A model generated the notes under the pieces. It was not told the DNA's origin and did not search any database. It saw only the letters and a program-made list of their open reading frames with translations. The translations under genes were made by a program, and so were the position numbers. A stretch of 63,692 bases of DNA, filler included, from Reticulomyxa filosa (lineage: Eukaryota; Protista; Foraminifera), in NCBI GenBank assembly GCA_000512085.1. It is 20 parts of 20 records of this genome, joined end to end, with 100 filler letters (N's around TTAATTAATTAA, not from the genome) between each part and the next. Parts side by side here need not be neighbours in the genome. Positions count along the whole stretch, not along the records: positions 48,947 to 53,449 come from ASPP01018459.1; positions 53,550 to 55,897 come from ASPP01023117.1; positions 55,998 to 57,578 come from ASPP01010050.1; positions 57,679 to 58,774 come from ASPP01030260.1; positions 58,875 to 60,358 come from ASPP01008793.1; positions 60,459 to 62,365 come from ASPP01027845.1; positions 62,466 to 63,692 come from ASPP01014978.1; 13 more parts are not named here. The stretch is one strand, 5' to 3'. Below are positions 52,601 through 63,692 of this stretch, piece by piece (the first letter of the stretch is position 1; each line of letters begins with the position of its first letter).

Positions 52601-53449
52601 CTATTACTACTACTACCACTGCCATCAATGATAATGCAACGGCAAATGCAACTGGAAAACACATCTCTACCACGAACAGCGAGACAGGCACGAGTCTGGA
52701 CGACGAAGAGATCCGCCGACTCCGACGCTATTCGCTGACAAAGGAATTTTCGTTCATCCAACCCTCCAAAAGCAATAACCTGTCCATCTTTGGCTTGCAA
52801 GATTCCCTGGCCAACTCCTCACGACGAATCGCTCGGACCAGTGGACCCAGCGTCGTGTCGAGGTATTCCAATGTCAAACGTCCGCTGTCAAGCGAGCCGC
52901 CGCTCCAACTGGATACGATCGTCGACGACCGCGAGCAAATGCCTTCCAAAGTCGCTACGTCCAGTCCCTTGCTGAAGCAAGTCGACACGTCGAACCTCGT
53001 TGCTCACATTGATATAATACACGTCGATCCAACGACGTCGCTCGCGTCGATCAAAGACGAAAGCCAGACGCAAGTTAGCAGTGTAGACAGCCAGGCTCCT
53101 CTGAGCAACGAAGTTGTTTCATCAATTAACATAATCAAGAAGGAGAAAGAGGAAAAAAAAGAGGAGGAAAACAAAGTCCAAGAAAACTCATCTACTGAAG
53201 ACAGGACAAAGATTGAGATAACCGAGGTAAAAATGAATGAAGATGCGATAACCCGCGGTACGAGTATCCATGGGGATATCGACTTTTCAAATGTGCGAGT
53301 GCGACTCCGCAGTGAAGGGTACTCTGCCAATATGCAAGCGCCAATGGACACGACGACAATTACAACACGGACGAGGTCGGTAGGAAACAAATTCAATAGC
53401 AATGGATGGCCAGAGAAAATCAACAATGACAATGACAATGATGATGATG
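49678..53449 (+). CDS. DENN-domain Rab GEF with downstream F-BAR-like domain, 3'-truncated
   Basis: First exon MPAPSRVADYFAV; RYPLEDH..FAYPDG..SFVLTEADGSRVY; LLYPFYWQHIYVPVLP..APMPFLCG; FVESQLFQCFIDER; later helical F-BAR pattern. Confidence 0.9.
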
Positions 53450-56055
53450 NNNNNNNNNNNNNNNNNNNNNNNNNNNNNNNNNNNNNNNNNNNNTTAATTA
53501 ATTAANNNNNNNNNNNNNNNNNNNNNNNNNNNNNNNNNNNNNNNNNNNNTTTTTTACGTCAATTTTTTTAACAAACACAAACAAATATTTATAACAAAAT
53601 AGAAACAACCGTCAATCAATGGAATGTAGCGCAATTGTGTCGTTATTCGACTTGGTGTTTTTCTCGATCTATTACAATACAACTCAAAGTGGATTGTTAT
53701 GTAAGTTCACAAGTTAGTCGATATTATACATACAATCGAAGAAAAGGAAATTGGTCAGAGCTTTAATAAATATTAATGGGATAACAAAGAATAGATGGGG
53801 CATTCAATTAAATATATATTATGTGGAGAATTCTCTTGTGGCATGCAATCCTTTCATCATTAGAATTCAAAACAGAGAATGCATATTGTCAATCAGAACA
53901 ACGAAAACAAGGCATTCAAATGACAGGTATCAACCAAACGTGAAGGAAAGCAGCTTTGTTTGAAGGTATACGCTACTTTTTCATATTTTTAGCTTTTGTG
54001 ATGTGTTTTAACCAAATGTGGATATGGATCATTTTATTGTAGTGTAATTTACATTAGGTTTGGAATGAAAGAAAGAGGAAGAAAAGAAGAATAACAAGGA
54101 GAGTAGATTAAAGGGAATGGGAAAGAAAAAGAAAAAACCATAGTATTAGCGGATTGTTTTAAAAAATATGACATTAGCAATGAATCGTGCAAGGAATATG
54201 GACACATCAAGAAAAGCATGGAGAAAATATGAATGACAGAGAGTCAACACAATAATCACTTAAAATTGTCGGTATTCGTTTTATCAAAACTATGAGTGGT
54301 TATGGATGATGTTCATAAAACGAAACAAGTGATAATGAATTGTCATGTATTTGCAATCACACTTGGATTAGCGCACAATACTTTCATTCAATGCACTCCA
54401 ATTCATCAATGTGCCTAATTTGATCAAATATATGTCGCTGCTTTTTACGTGTATTATGCTTGTGCTGTATGTGATCCCCCATATCGACACACCAAAGACA
54501 CATGGAAACATTTCCAAAATGCAATTGTTATAACTTTTTGTGTTGATTGGTGGAAAATATTATTGCAATTTAAATTGTTTTTTCAATATAAAAAAACTAT
54601 TGCTGTCGTTGTTAAGTAAGATTGGCAGGCTTATTGATTCGAATGCATTTGAAAAAAGATTAAAGTTAAAAAAATATTTATCATTTTTATCTTTCTTTTT
54701 AAACAATTTGAATTAATTTGCTGTTTGTTGTTTTTGTTTTTACAACAACTAGAATATGTTAAATCGACGAGCAGTGAAGATGGTGGAACTGCAGATGAAG
54801 AATGGTGCTATCTTGGAGAGAACATTACCAAAAAAAAATCGATATGCAAATGATATCCAGAAAATTAATGTGGTGACTCTTTCACGATGAAGTAAATCAA
54901 CAACAGCGAACAATGTCAATGTGAAAGACATATGAAGGAACAATATCGATCCTTTACAATATTGGGATTACTAACCAATCAATTAAACAAAATACACGTA
55001 TCATCCTTGCAGTAATAACTAATGGATGATAGACTGTATTTCCATCTATTTGTAAAATGCATGAACAACTCTGCCAATGTAAATACGAACGCGACCCATC
55101 ATTCTGCATCGAAGTAATGTTGATCCCCTTCCCTTTATCCGTACTCACAGAGCCACATCTTAACACTAAACAAGGCAAAATCATGTGCATTATATGCACA
55201 TTGATTAGGACAGTATCGCTTGCTCGGTTTTAACGTCAAAGACTTAATTCAACAGCCAAGTCCGAAGAAGAAATCGCAAAACTCGTTCGAATGCTTTTGT
55301 CTTATCCAATGTTTGTATACATTTCTTAATATCGCAAATATCTTACCTTATATAAATATATACATATATATTTGTCTGAAGAAAATCAATAACGTGAACA
55401 TGGATATAAACTATGTATGAAAATTCTGTTGATTTGTTTATCAAAAAAAAAAGTCAACTGAATCCACAGCAAATAATGATTTTCACGAATCTAGCGCATG
55501 GATTAAACAACGTGGATTGATAACGACCCAATTGGAGAGTATCTTTGATCAAATCGTGAACAAATACCAACATGTTTATTTGTTGTGTGTTTGATATATA
55601 TGTATATACATTGGTGACTAAATCAAATACCAAAAGTAGTGAAAAAAAAACAACGAATCAGACGAACGATATGGTTGTGAAAACAGAATTATTGGCCATC
55701 GACTGCAAAAGTCACTGTCCATCAAAGACATTCTAACGGCACTCAATTTCTGCAAACATTGAAAGATTTGAAAGTGCGGGTAAACTTGCAAGTTCGTGAA
55801 ACATTGAAATTCGGCAGCCAATGCTCCATTCGCTTTGAGAGTAGTTGCAACAAATTGCCAATGACCAACTTTGTACTATCCACGACACTTCACGCCANNN
55901 NNNNNNNNNNNNNNNNNNNNNNNNNNNNNNNNNNNNNNNNNTTAATTAATTAANNNNNNNNNNNNNNNNNNNNNNNNNNNNNNNNNNNNNNNNNNNNTTT
56001 TTTTATATTTTTTTTATGTTATGTATATTTTTTTGGTGTAAAAAAAAAGAATAGA

Positions 56056-56400
56056 ATTACAGACAACTGGCCTGACGAACTTGTATCGTGACGTACGTAG
56101 TCACTTTGACCGATTGGCGATTGCGTGCAATTGTGAGCAGGTAAAGATCGAGTCGAGTATGGAGCAATGCGACGAGCGAATGCGATTTGCAGGGAAACAA
56201 ATGGACCAATATTGCCAATCGCTTCGCGATCTCAGCCAAGCTGCTGCCTCACTAAGCACCATTTCCCATGAAATTCGACAGCTCACTTTTTCTCTTGCCA
56301 CCGCTGTTGATCATTGCAATCAATTGCAATTGTTATTGCCAGGCAATCAAAAAAAAAGAATACCACTTTTTACACACTGTGAAAAGGTAATATGTATGTA

Positions 56401-56431
<31 letters not shown>

Positions 56432-57541
56432 TTTTAAAGTTCATCCTCCTCCTCCCCCCCCCCCACCCCCTTTTTTTTTAAAAAAAAAAAAAACTTAACA
56501 ACTGCTTTTGCAATTGCTTGAATATAAATTTATAACAAAGGCGTCCAGAATTGTGTTCCAAGGAAATCTACTTCGCAAAGAAACAATGTTTGGCTCCGTT
56601 CGGTCTCGGACTTATGTGCTGACGCGCGACGGATTATTGACTCATTTTTCGTTGCAAGGGGATGATATCAGACATGTGATCGACTTGAAGTGCGCCAGCG
56701 AAGTAGTTGCCAATGGAATGACCGGCCTTTGCATCACCACACGCAACAAACACACCAACATTAGCGAAACTTGGAACTTTTTATGTGTCTCGGAAAACGA
56801 AGTCGTTGATTGGCTGACCCATATCCATTCTTTGTTTCGAATCTTCCTTTCTTTCGTTCTATTGCATTCTTTGCACTTTGTACTTCCCCCCCGCCACATG
56901 TCACTATACCTCCACTTGTTCTTGTCAATTATTATATACATATACATATACATACAATAATAGAGACTTTAACAAGGATCGATCCAAACAACTCACTTAC
57001 TTGAGCGCCCCTACCAATTGTAAATTGTATCTCTTTTACCTGTTTTTGAATACGCATTATCAATTGATCTGTGTATGTTCTGCCCCCTTCTTTTTTTTAA
57101 AAAAAAAAGATTTGAGTGATAATCTTCGCGTGATTTGTGAAAATGTGCCCAGTACACGGGCAATTCTGCCAATCGAAGAGAAATGGAGCTGGGATGAGAA
57201 GAGTGAAAATGGCGGGTTGGTTGAAGGGGACCTGCTGCTGTATAGCAATGGCAACGACTTGTATTGCATGGGCTTCAAGTTGGAAAATGGTGGTCCCGCT
57301 TGCATGGATCGACCTCCCTCCAACACTCGCCAATTATACCTTTGCAGTTGCAAAGATGTGATTACTACATTGGCTCGCGATCAAGTCAATCGCGTCGTAT
57401 ATGTAGCAACCAAAAAGAGCTTGTATTTGTTTTCGTGGAATGAATTTCTATTCGCAATTACGGAAGAATGTAAGAAAAAAAAAAGACCAATGAAAGAGAC
57501 TCAAGATAGCAATAATAACAATAACAATAATAATAATAATA

Positions 57542-57578
<37 letters not shown>
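56056..57578 (+). CDS. Coiled-coil (BORCS5-like) plus PH-domain protein, internal fragment
   Basis: PH: FQGNLLRKE..RSRTYVLTRDGLLTHF..VIDL..FLCVSENEVVDWLTHI; preceding exon is a coiled coil ending LQLLLPG..RIPLF. Confidence 0.65.
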
Positions 57579-57722
57579 NNNNNNNNNNNNNNNNNNNNNN
57601 NNNNNNNNNNNNNNNNNNNNNNTTAATTAATTAANNNNNNNNNNNNNNNNNNNNNNNNNNNNNNNNNNNNNNNNNNNNAGAGAGAGATAAAAAAAGAAAT
57701 TTACAAAAAAAGTATACAAATA

Positions 57723-58774
57723 TCAGAACATACCAGTAGTAGTTGACGTTTGACCAAGAACAGGGAGTGAAGTGGACGAGTTTTTGTGAGTGAGAGATGG
57801 CAACTGTGACTGGGGCATGGATTGTTGGAACAGGTTCAATTGGAACTGTTGCAGAGTGGATGTGATTGGATTGGTGGATGGTATGGTGTCATAGTTTTTT
57901 CTTGGGACAAGCAGATTTGCCGCAGAAATCGGTTGGTGTTCATTGTTCGTATTGGGCACTGCGACTTGGGGTACGTAGTAATTCACGGAGGGGGTCAAAT
58001 AAGAGGAGGGAGTGGTAATGGCAGTCGGTTGTAGTACGCAGGGCTGAAGAGTTGGCAGGGTTGCTGTTGTTACCGGTGTTGACGTAACTGTCGGAGCTGA
58101 TGTTTGTTTGGTGGCTGACGTCGACGACGATGGTACGTATAATTGCAATGGATTTGGAAATGCATTGGTAGGGACGGCAGAGGCGAACATTTGCCGTGAA
58201 TCAAGAGCAGTGGGTCGAAACAAAGGTCTAGTCGACGGCAGTAGTGATTCGAGTTGTTTGGTTGATGTCTGCAGTGCTATGCTGTTTTTTCCATTTGAAG
58301 AGGCTGGCTGTGTCGATTGAGAGCAATCTTGTTGCATTCCATTGCCACAAGCTTTGTTCATCACTTGTCTCGGCTCTTCCTAAATCCACACACATATACA
58401 TATACATATATATATATATATATATTTATATATACAAAATAGACTTTCATTTTCCATTGTCATGAGAAAAAAAAAAAAAAAGTTCAGAGATAACAAAGTG
58501 AAAAGCGAAACGGTAAGTGGATAATAAGGAGTTGCTTTCAATAAATTGCGATTGGATTGAATGAGTGTCAACAAGTAGTCTTCCATGCCATCCGACATAT
58601 TGTTTCCTTTCGAATCCTCTTTTTCAGCAGTGTTGGCCAAACATGTTGTTATCGTTGTGTTGTTTGGTGGCATTTCTGCAACTATCTTGGTTTGGTTGTC
58701 TTCATTGCCACCTGGTGTTTCGTTGATGCACTCACGCTTGACGTCCTCTTCATCTTCTTCTTCATCTTCTTCTT
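57723..58774 (-). CDS. Low-complexity S/T/P/Q-rich protein, internal exons
   Basis: Two open exons separated by a (TA)n intron; no domain recognised. Confidence 0.5.
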
Positions 58775-58948
58775 NNNNNNNNNNNNNNNNNNNNNNNNNN
58801 NNNNNNNNNNNNNNNNNNTTAATTAATTAANNNNNNNNNNNNNNNNNNNNNNNNNNNNNNNNNNNNNNNNNNNNTTCGATTTGCTTGTTCGTTTATGAAT
58901 GTAAAAATGGAATAATTAAAAAAAAAAAAAAAAAAGGAACGAAGGGCG

Positions 58949-59275
58949 GTGAAAACACAACATCAATTGATAAGTGCGAATAATGTGGTAAAGAGTCTAG
59001 AAGATCCAAATGATTATGTCGCAAAACAATTCCAAAAGTTTGGGAAAAAAGAAAGAGAATACCAAAGCCAGTTCGACTTCGATCCGGAAAAATTAGATGA
59101 TGTGTTTGATACTGGCATTTCATTACAACCACAACCAAATAACTCCAAGTCCAACACTTTGGATGATATGGATATCGATATCGATTTAGAAATGCATGAT
59201 GTCTCTCCTTCAAAGCCAGATCCTACTGCAACAAATTCTTCCAAAGGCGCCGTTTCAAACTTTTTGGAGGATTGA
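58949..59275 (+). CDS. Terminal exon of an unknown gene
   Basis: Acidic 108-aa frame after an A-tract AG acceptor; ends NFLED*. Confidence 0.5.
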   Translation: MKTQHQLISANNVVKSLEDPNDYVAKQFQKFGKKEREYQSQFDFDPEKLDDVFDTGISLQPQPNNSKSNTLDDMDIDIDLEMHDVSPSKPDPTATNSSKGAVSNFLED

Positions 59276-59649
59276 AGTTTTTCGGCATCTTTCTTTCCTA
59301 AAAAAAAAGGACCAATAAAGCAACAACTTTTTTTAAAATTACTTTCACTTTTTTTCCTTATTGAAAAAAAAACAAAAACAAATGATTATTTTGATGTTTA
59401 ATGTATTAACATGTTAAAATAATGAAAGTCAAACTCGCAGCTTGTTCTTATAATAAAACAATGGATTCAATTTTCCCAATTTTACTTTGTAAATCTAATA
59501 ATCTTTTGAACATTGAAATAAAAAAGATAGGTTAAAAATGCAAATATTGCTAAGCGAATTGATCTTCAAAAAGATCAACAAAAAAAAAAGGGGGTAGCGA
59601 AAAAGTTGATAATATTTGCAACGCCGGTTCACAGGACATTGTTGAAAAG

Positions 59650-60291
59650 ATGCTCCAACGGAAAGTGAATCGCATTTTATCCGAGCGCGTGGAGACGCCA
59701 GAGTTGATGACGACCCTGCAAACGCTATCAAATTTTTATGGAGAAAACACACGGGAGAATCGACACAACTTGCGAAGCGTGCTAGAACGACAAGGACACC
59801 GAATTAACGAAGAATTTGTGCAAACATTTCAGTTAAGCAAAAAAAAAAAAAAAGGGGGGAAAGGGGGGAGGAGGGGAACAAGATGGAAAAAAAAAAAAAA
59901 AAAAGAACAATAGTAGACGAGTTTGAGCGGATAGCCCAATCGACAGATATGTTAAGCAAAGAGTGTGAAGAGATATCAAAGATCCTGGACAACACCGAGG
60001 ACGCGACGAACCAGTTGTTGGAGCAGACCAACGACCTGATGAAGAAAAAGCAAACGCTAGAAAAAAAGGAAGACATGGTAAAGAAATTTCTGAGCAAATT
60101 CGATTTGAGCACAAAAGAGTCGAACGAATGGACCGCGTTTGAACAAAACAAAGAGAAGCTGACCATCGACACATTGGTCATCTTCGAGCGCATGCAACAC
60201 ATACGAAAGGACTGCAAGCACTATCTCACACATTATCACTCAAGAGCGAGTTTGGACATTATGGATCGCTTTGGCAAGAAATTGGAAATCG
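59650..60291 (+). CDS. COG6: Conserved oligomeric Golgi complex subunit 6, 5' part
   Basis: LQRKVNRIL..LQTLSNFYGENTRENRHNLRSVLERQ..INEEFV; FLSKFDLSTKE; intron 59832-59905 keeps the frame. Confidence 0.88.
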
Positions 60292-60458
60292 GGTTCTTTT
60301 TTTTTTTTTTTAAAAAAAAAGTAGTAAATATAAATAATTAAATAATATATAATATATANNNNNNNNNNNNNNNNNNNNNNNNNNNNNNNNNNNNNNNNNN
60401 NNTTAATTAATTAANNNNNNNNNNNNNNNNNNNNNNNNNNNNNNNNNNNNNNNNNNNN

Positions 60459-60638
60459 ACTGCTACTGCTATTGCTACTACCTCAACCAATCCAACAACT
60501 TCGGCCACCGCACAGCCAAACAAACCTTCTAAACTTACATACTGGAGCGCAGATATGACGACCGAAATTGAAGAAATTGAGAGAGAACGAAGGATTAACG
60601 AAATTGTTGCACAGTATTATCACAATAGAGAACCGTGA
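60459..60638 (+). CDS. 3' end of an unknown gene
   Basis: Open frame from the contig edge: TATAIATT...EIEEIERERRINEIVAQYYHNREP*. Confidence 0.4.
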   Translation, partial: TATAIATTSTNPTTSATAQPNKPSKLTYWSADMTTEIEEIERERRINEIVAQYYHNREP

Positions 60639-61570
60639 GACCATCGTATCGTAATTAATGTCCATTTTACTTCGTTTATATACATCATACAAAATTGTTG
60701 TCATTCTGTCTTGTCACACACCCCCCCCCCCTTTTTTCCCTTTCTTCTGGTTTTTTTTTTTGTATTTTTTATTTCCCATTTTATTTGGTTTGCTTCGTGT
60801 GTCTTGTTCCTTTTTTTTCTCCATTTCAAATAAATCTTGTTCAATTTTTCCAAATGTGAGTTGTTGATTGTGTTTTTTTTGTTTTTTTTATTAAAAAAAA
60901 AAAAAAAGAAAAAAAGCTATCTACCATGTTGCCCTTGTTGTGTGTTGTATCCTGTTTTTGTTTGACTGTTTTCTTTTTGCTGGGTGTGTAGGTCTTCTTC
61001 TTCAAGTAAAAAACGTGTTCATGCCATTTGCGTTATGTCAACATAATTCAAAGGCTTGGGACGTACCATGTGATTCCATTGACGAGGCTTTTTTGTTTTC
61101 AATTGCTCCTTTCAACTTATCTTTTGCCTCTATTTGATCACACATATTATACATGTATATTCCTCTGTATTTTTATTTTTACTTTCCAAGTCAAAGATTT
61201 GGAAATTATATGCATGTGTTAAAAAAAACAATCGATCTGGAGTAATTTTTTTAAACATACATTACCAACTCTTGGTTTCCTACTTTATGTAGTTTTCAAT
61301 TGATCCTTTTAATAAAGTGTGGGATTCTGGAAGGGGATGTTGCGTGAAGAATTGTTTGTTTGACTATTGTAAACTATGTAAGTTCAACTATCACAGCCTG
61401 AAAAAAAGATTTAGCTGTTTTTTTTTTCAAATCATTATATTTCAAATACAACAATAAAAAAAAAAGAAAAAATACGCAAGTTAGGCGTTTAGTCGTTAAA
61501 AAAAAAAACCAAAGGAATACCGTTATAGTTTTTTTTCCCCTTTATAATAAAAATAGATTTGTAATTGGAC

Positions 61571-62236
61571 ATGTCTCAACCGACATCAAATCCGGCACCT
61601 TCAACATCAGCAGCTCCAGCGACTTCGGCGGCTTCGGCGAACGCGATGTCGACGCCACAACAGCAAAGTACGACGCCAAACCGTGGTGCGTCAGGAAGCG
61701 CCTCACGAACACGAGGCCAATCGACTCAGCGTAGTGGTCGTCGCGGTCAAGAATCCCGTGAAGCAATGCAAAAAGTATTAAGCGAGATGGGAAGCTACAG
61801 CAAGTACTTGTTCAAACTGGAGCATAGTCCGTTTGATGTGCGCCTGCGTTGTCAGTGTGGGCGTTCTCGACCAATGTCATGGATGTTTCTATGTACGTTT
61901 TGTGCGCTTGGAAAATACAAAGACGAGGATCAAGCCAAAAAATTGAAGCCTGAGGCGAGCGAACAGGGAGAAGGTGCCAAGGATCTGTCCTCGTTGTCAC
62001 CGCCACAGCTACAAGCAGATGGCGCCACGACTCCGACGACACCTTCGACGACGCCTTCGACGGTGACAATAGAACCGCAAGAGAAGCCAGAATCAAAAAA
62101 AGACAAGGCAATCGAAGCGGGAAAACAAAGGCCGTTTTTATGTTGTGACATGTGCGCTCAAAAATTTACTGACAGTTACTATTGTCCACACTGTTTGACC
62201 CCTCATGTCGCTCATCATGTCAAGTCACATGCCAGG
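61571..62236 (+). CDS. DCTN4: Dynactin p62 subunit, first exon
   Basis: VRLRCQCG..PMSWMFLCTFC...CDMCAQKFTDSYYCPHCL matches p62 PLSQLYFCRYC..C..EVDSHYCPSCL. Confidence 0.75.
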
Positions 62237-62324
62237 GATTTTCTTTTTTTTTTTTTTTTTTTTTGATTTTCAAATTTGAAATTTCATGTCAAATGAATAT
62301 TGTATATTAATGACAATATAATAC

Positions 62325-62365
<41 letters not shown>

Positions 62366-62465
62366 NNNNNNNNNNNNNNNNNNNNNNNNNNNNNNNNNNN
62401 NNNNNNNNNTTAATTAATTAANNNNNNNNNNNNNNNNNNNNNNNNNNNNNNNNNNNNNNNNNNNN

Positions 62466-63622
62466 CCGCTGCTGCAAAAGCGGCTGCAGATCGAAACCGA
62501 CGACAGCGTGCGTGACGCGCTGCGTCTGGCTGCTGCCACGCTGCAACTGGGCGGCCCGTCCACCGCCGACAAGTTGGCCGCTATTGCGGTGCTGGGTGAA
62601 GCCAGCGACCCCGGCCTGCTGACGCTGCTGCAGCCGCTGTCGGACAACCCGCAAGAAAACGCCGACGTGCGCCGTGCTGCCGGCGAAGCCATCGCCAGCA
62701 TCAAGGCCACGCAGTTTGGCTACAACCTCATCGGCCACCTTTTCAGCGGTATCAGCCTGGGCTCCATCCTGCTGTTGGCCGCGCTGGGGCTGGCCATTAC
62801 CTACGGCCTGCTGGGCGTCATCAATATGGCGCACGGCGAGATGCTGATGCTGGGCGCCTATACCACCTGGCTGATGCAGAACCTGTTCCGCAGCCAGTGG
62901 CCGGCGGCGTTCGATTACTACCTGCTGGCCGCGTTACCGGCGGCATTCGCGGTGACGGCGCTGGTAGGCATGCTGCTGGAGCGGATGGTGATCCGCCACC
63001 TGTACGGCCGCCCGCTGGAAACGCTGCTCGCCACCTGGGGTATCAGCCTGATGCTGATGCAGGCGGTACGCGTGGCGTTTGGCGCGCAAAACGTGGAGGT
63101 GGCCAACCCGGCGTGGCTGTCTGGCGGCATTGCGCTGTCCACCACGCTGACGCTGCCGTACAACCGGCTGGCCATCATTGCCTTTGTTGCCGCCGTACTG
63201 GTGCTGACCTGGCTGCTGCTGAACCGTACCCGGCTTGGCCTGTTCGTGCGCGCCGTTACCCAGAACCGCCGCATGGCCGACAGCGTGGGCGTGCCCACCG
63301 GCCGTGTGGACATGCTGGCCTTTGGCTTGGGTTCCGGCATTGCCGGGGCTGGGTGGCGTGGCGCTAAGCCAGATCGGCAACGTGGGGCCGGACCTGGGGC
63401 CAGGGGATACATCATCGACAGCTTCATGGTGGTGGTGCTGGGCGGGTAGGCCAGCTGGCCGGTACCGTGGCCGGTGCGCTGGGCCTGGGCATGCTGGCCA
63501 AGGTGATCGAGCCGTCGCTGGGTGCCGTGCTGGCCAAGATCCTGATCCTGGTATTCATCATCCTGTTCATCCAGAAGCGTCCGCAGGGCTTGTTTGCCCT
63601 GAAGGGCCGCGTGCTCGACTGA
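62466..63622 (+). CDS. urtB: Urea ABC transporter permease UrtB, 5'-truncated, frameshifts around 63345-63450 (bacterial)
   Basis: SLGSILLLAALGLAITYGLLGVINMAHGE, LYGRPLETLLATWG, RAVTQNR, YIIDSFMVVVLGG, QKRPQGLFALKGR; HEAT-like N-terminal domain. Confidence 0.95.
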
Positions 63623-63630
63623 GGCCTGCC

Positions 63631-63692
63631 ATGTCACAACCTTACTCTCTCAAGTTGGCCGCCGCCGCCGGGCCGCGTGCCACCACGCTGGG
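63631..63692 (+). CDS. urtC: Probable start of urea ABC permease UrtC
   Basis: GAGG RBS and ATG (MSQP...) 8 nt after the urtB stop; conserved urtBC order. Confidence 0.55.
   Translation, partial: MSQPYSLKLAAAAGPRATTL

Noticed and set aside
62225-62245. Apparent non-GT donor after the DCTN4 exon (GCCAGG/GATTTT)
   Set aside because: GT and GC donors exist a few bases upstream and the next exon is off-contig, so it cannot be tested
1979-62465. Regularly recurring TTAATTAATTAA flanked by Ns, resembling an array; ORFs ending in XXX-LIN
   Set aside because: Artificial concatenation linker, not biology
62466-63692. Horizontal transfer of urt or fab genes into the eukaryote
   Set aside because: Whole contigs are bacterial in GC, RBS and operon layout, with no host-like flank
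1-63692. CRISPR arrays, rRNA genes, intact transposase or reverse transcriptase, alternative genetic code
   Set aside because: None seen; intact genes translate cleanly with the standard code and in-frame stops occur only with frameshifts in pseudogenes

Overview
This window is not one locus. It is 20 unrelated contigs joined by 19 identical 100-bp spacers (N44-TTAATTAATTAA-N44, a six-frame stop linker). Seventeen contigs are AT-rich, intron-rich, pseudogene-rich protist DNA; EFL, homopolymer-rich introns and abundant pseudogenes suggest a foraminiferan/rhizarian such as Reticulomyxa (inference). Recognisable host genes: class-3 lipase, aspartic protease, ALG8, WDR75-like, GNAT, SF1/BBP, an RNF213-like giant protein, threonine dehydrogenase-like, TPR proteins, DEP protein, DENN+F-BAR, BORCS5-like+PH, COG6 and DCTN4. 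Two GC-rich contigs are betaproteobacterial (fabH-fabD; urtB-urtC). One AT-rich contig is alphaproteobacterial/Rickettsiales-like (tRNA-Arg, DUF2335 module, GTA/phage BR0599-type gene, IS-like end at each edge). The most interesting signals are (1) an RNF213/mysterin-like protein with no visible RING and a degenerate RZ finger, (2) introns ending in poly-A instead of a polypyrimidine tract, (3) an actin-EFL chimeric pseudogene next to a long inverted-repeat pair enclosing pseudogenes, and (4) the IS-bracketed endosymbiont-like contig. All homology calls are by-eye motif recognition, not database searches.
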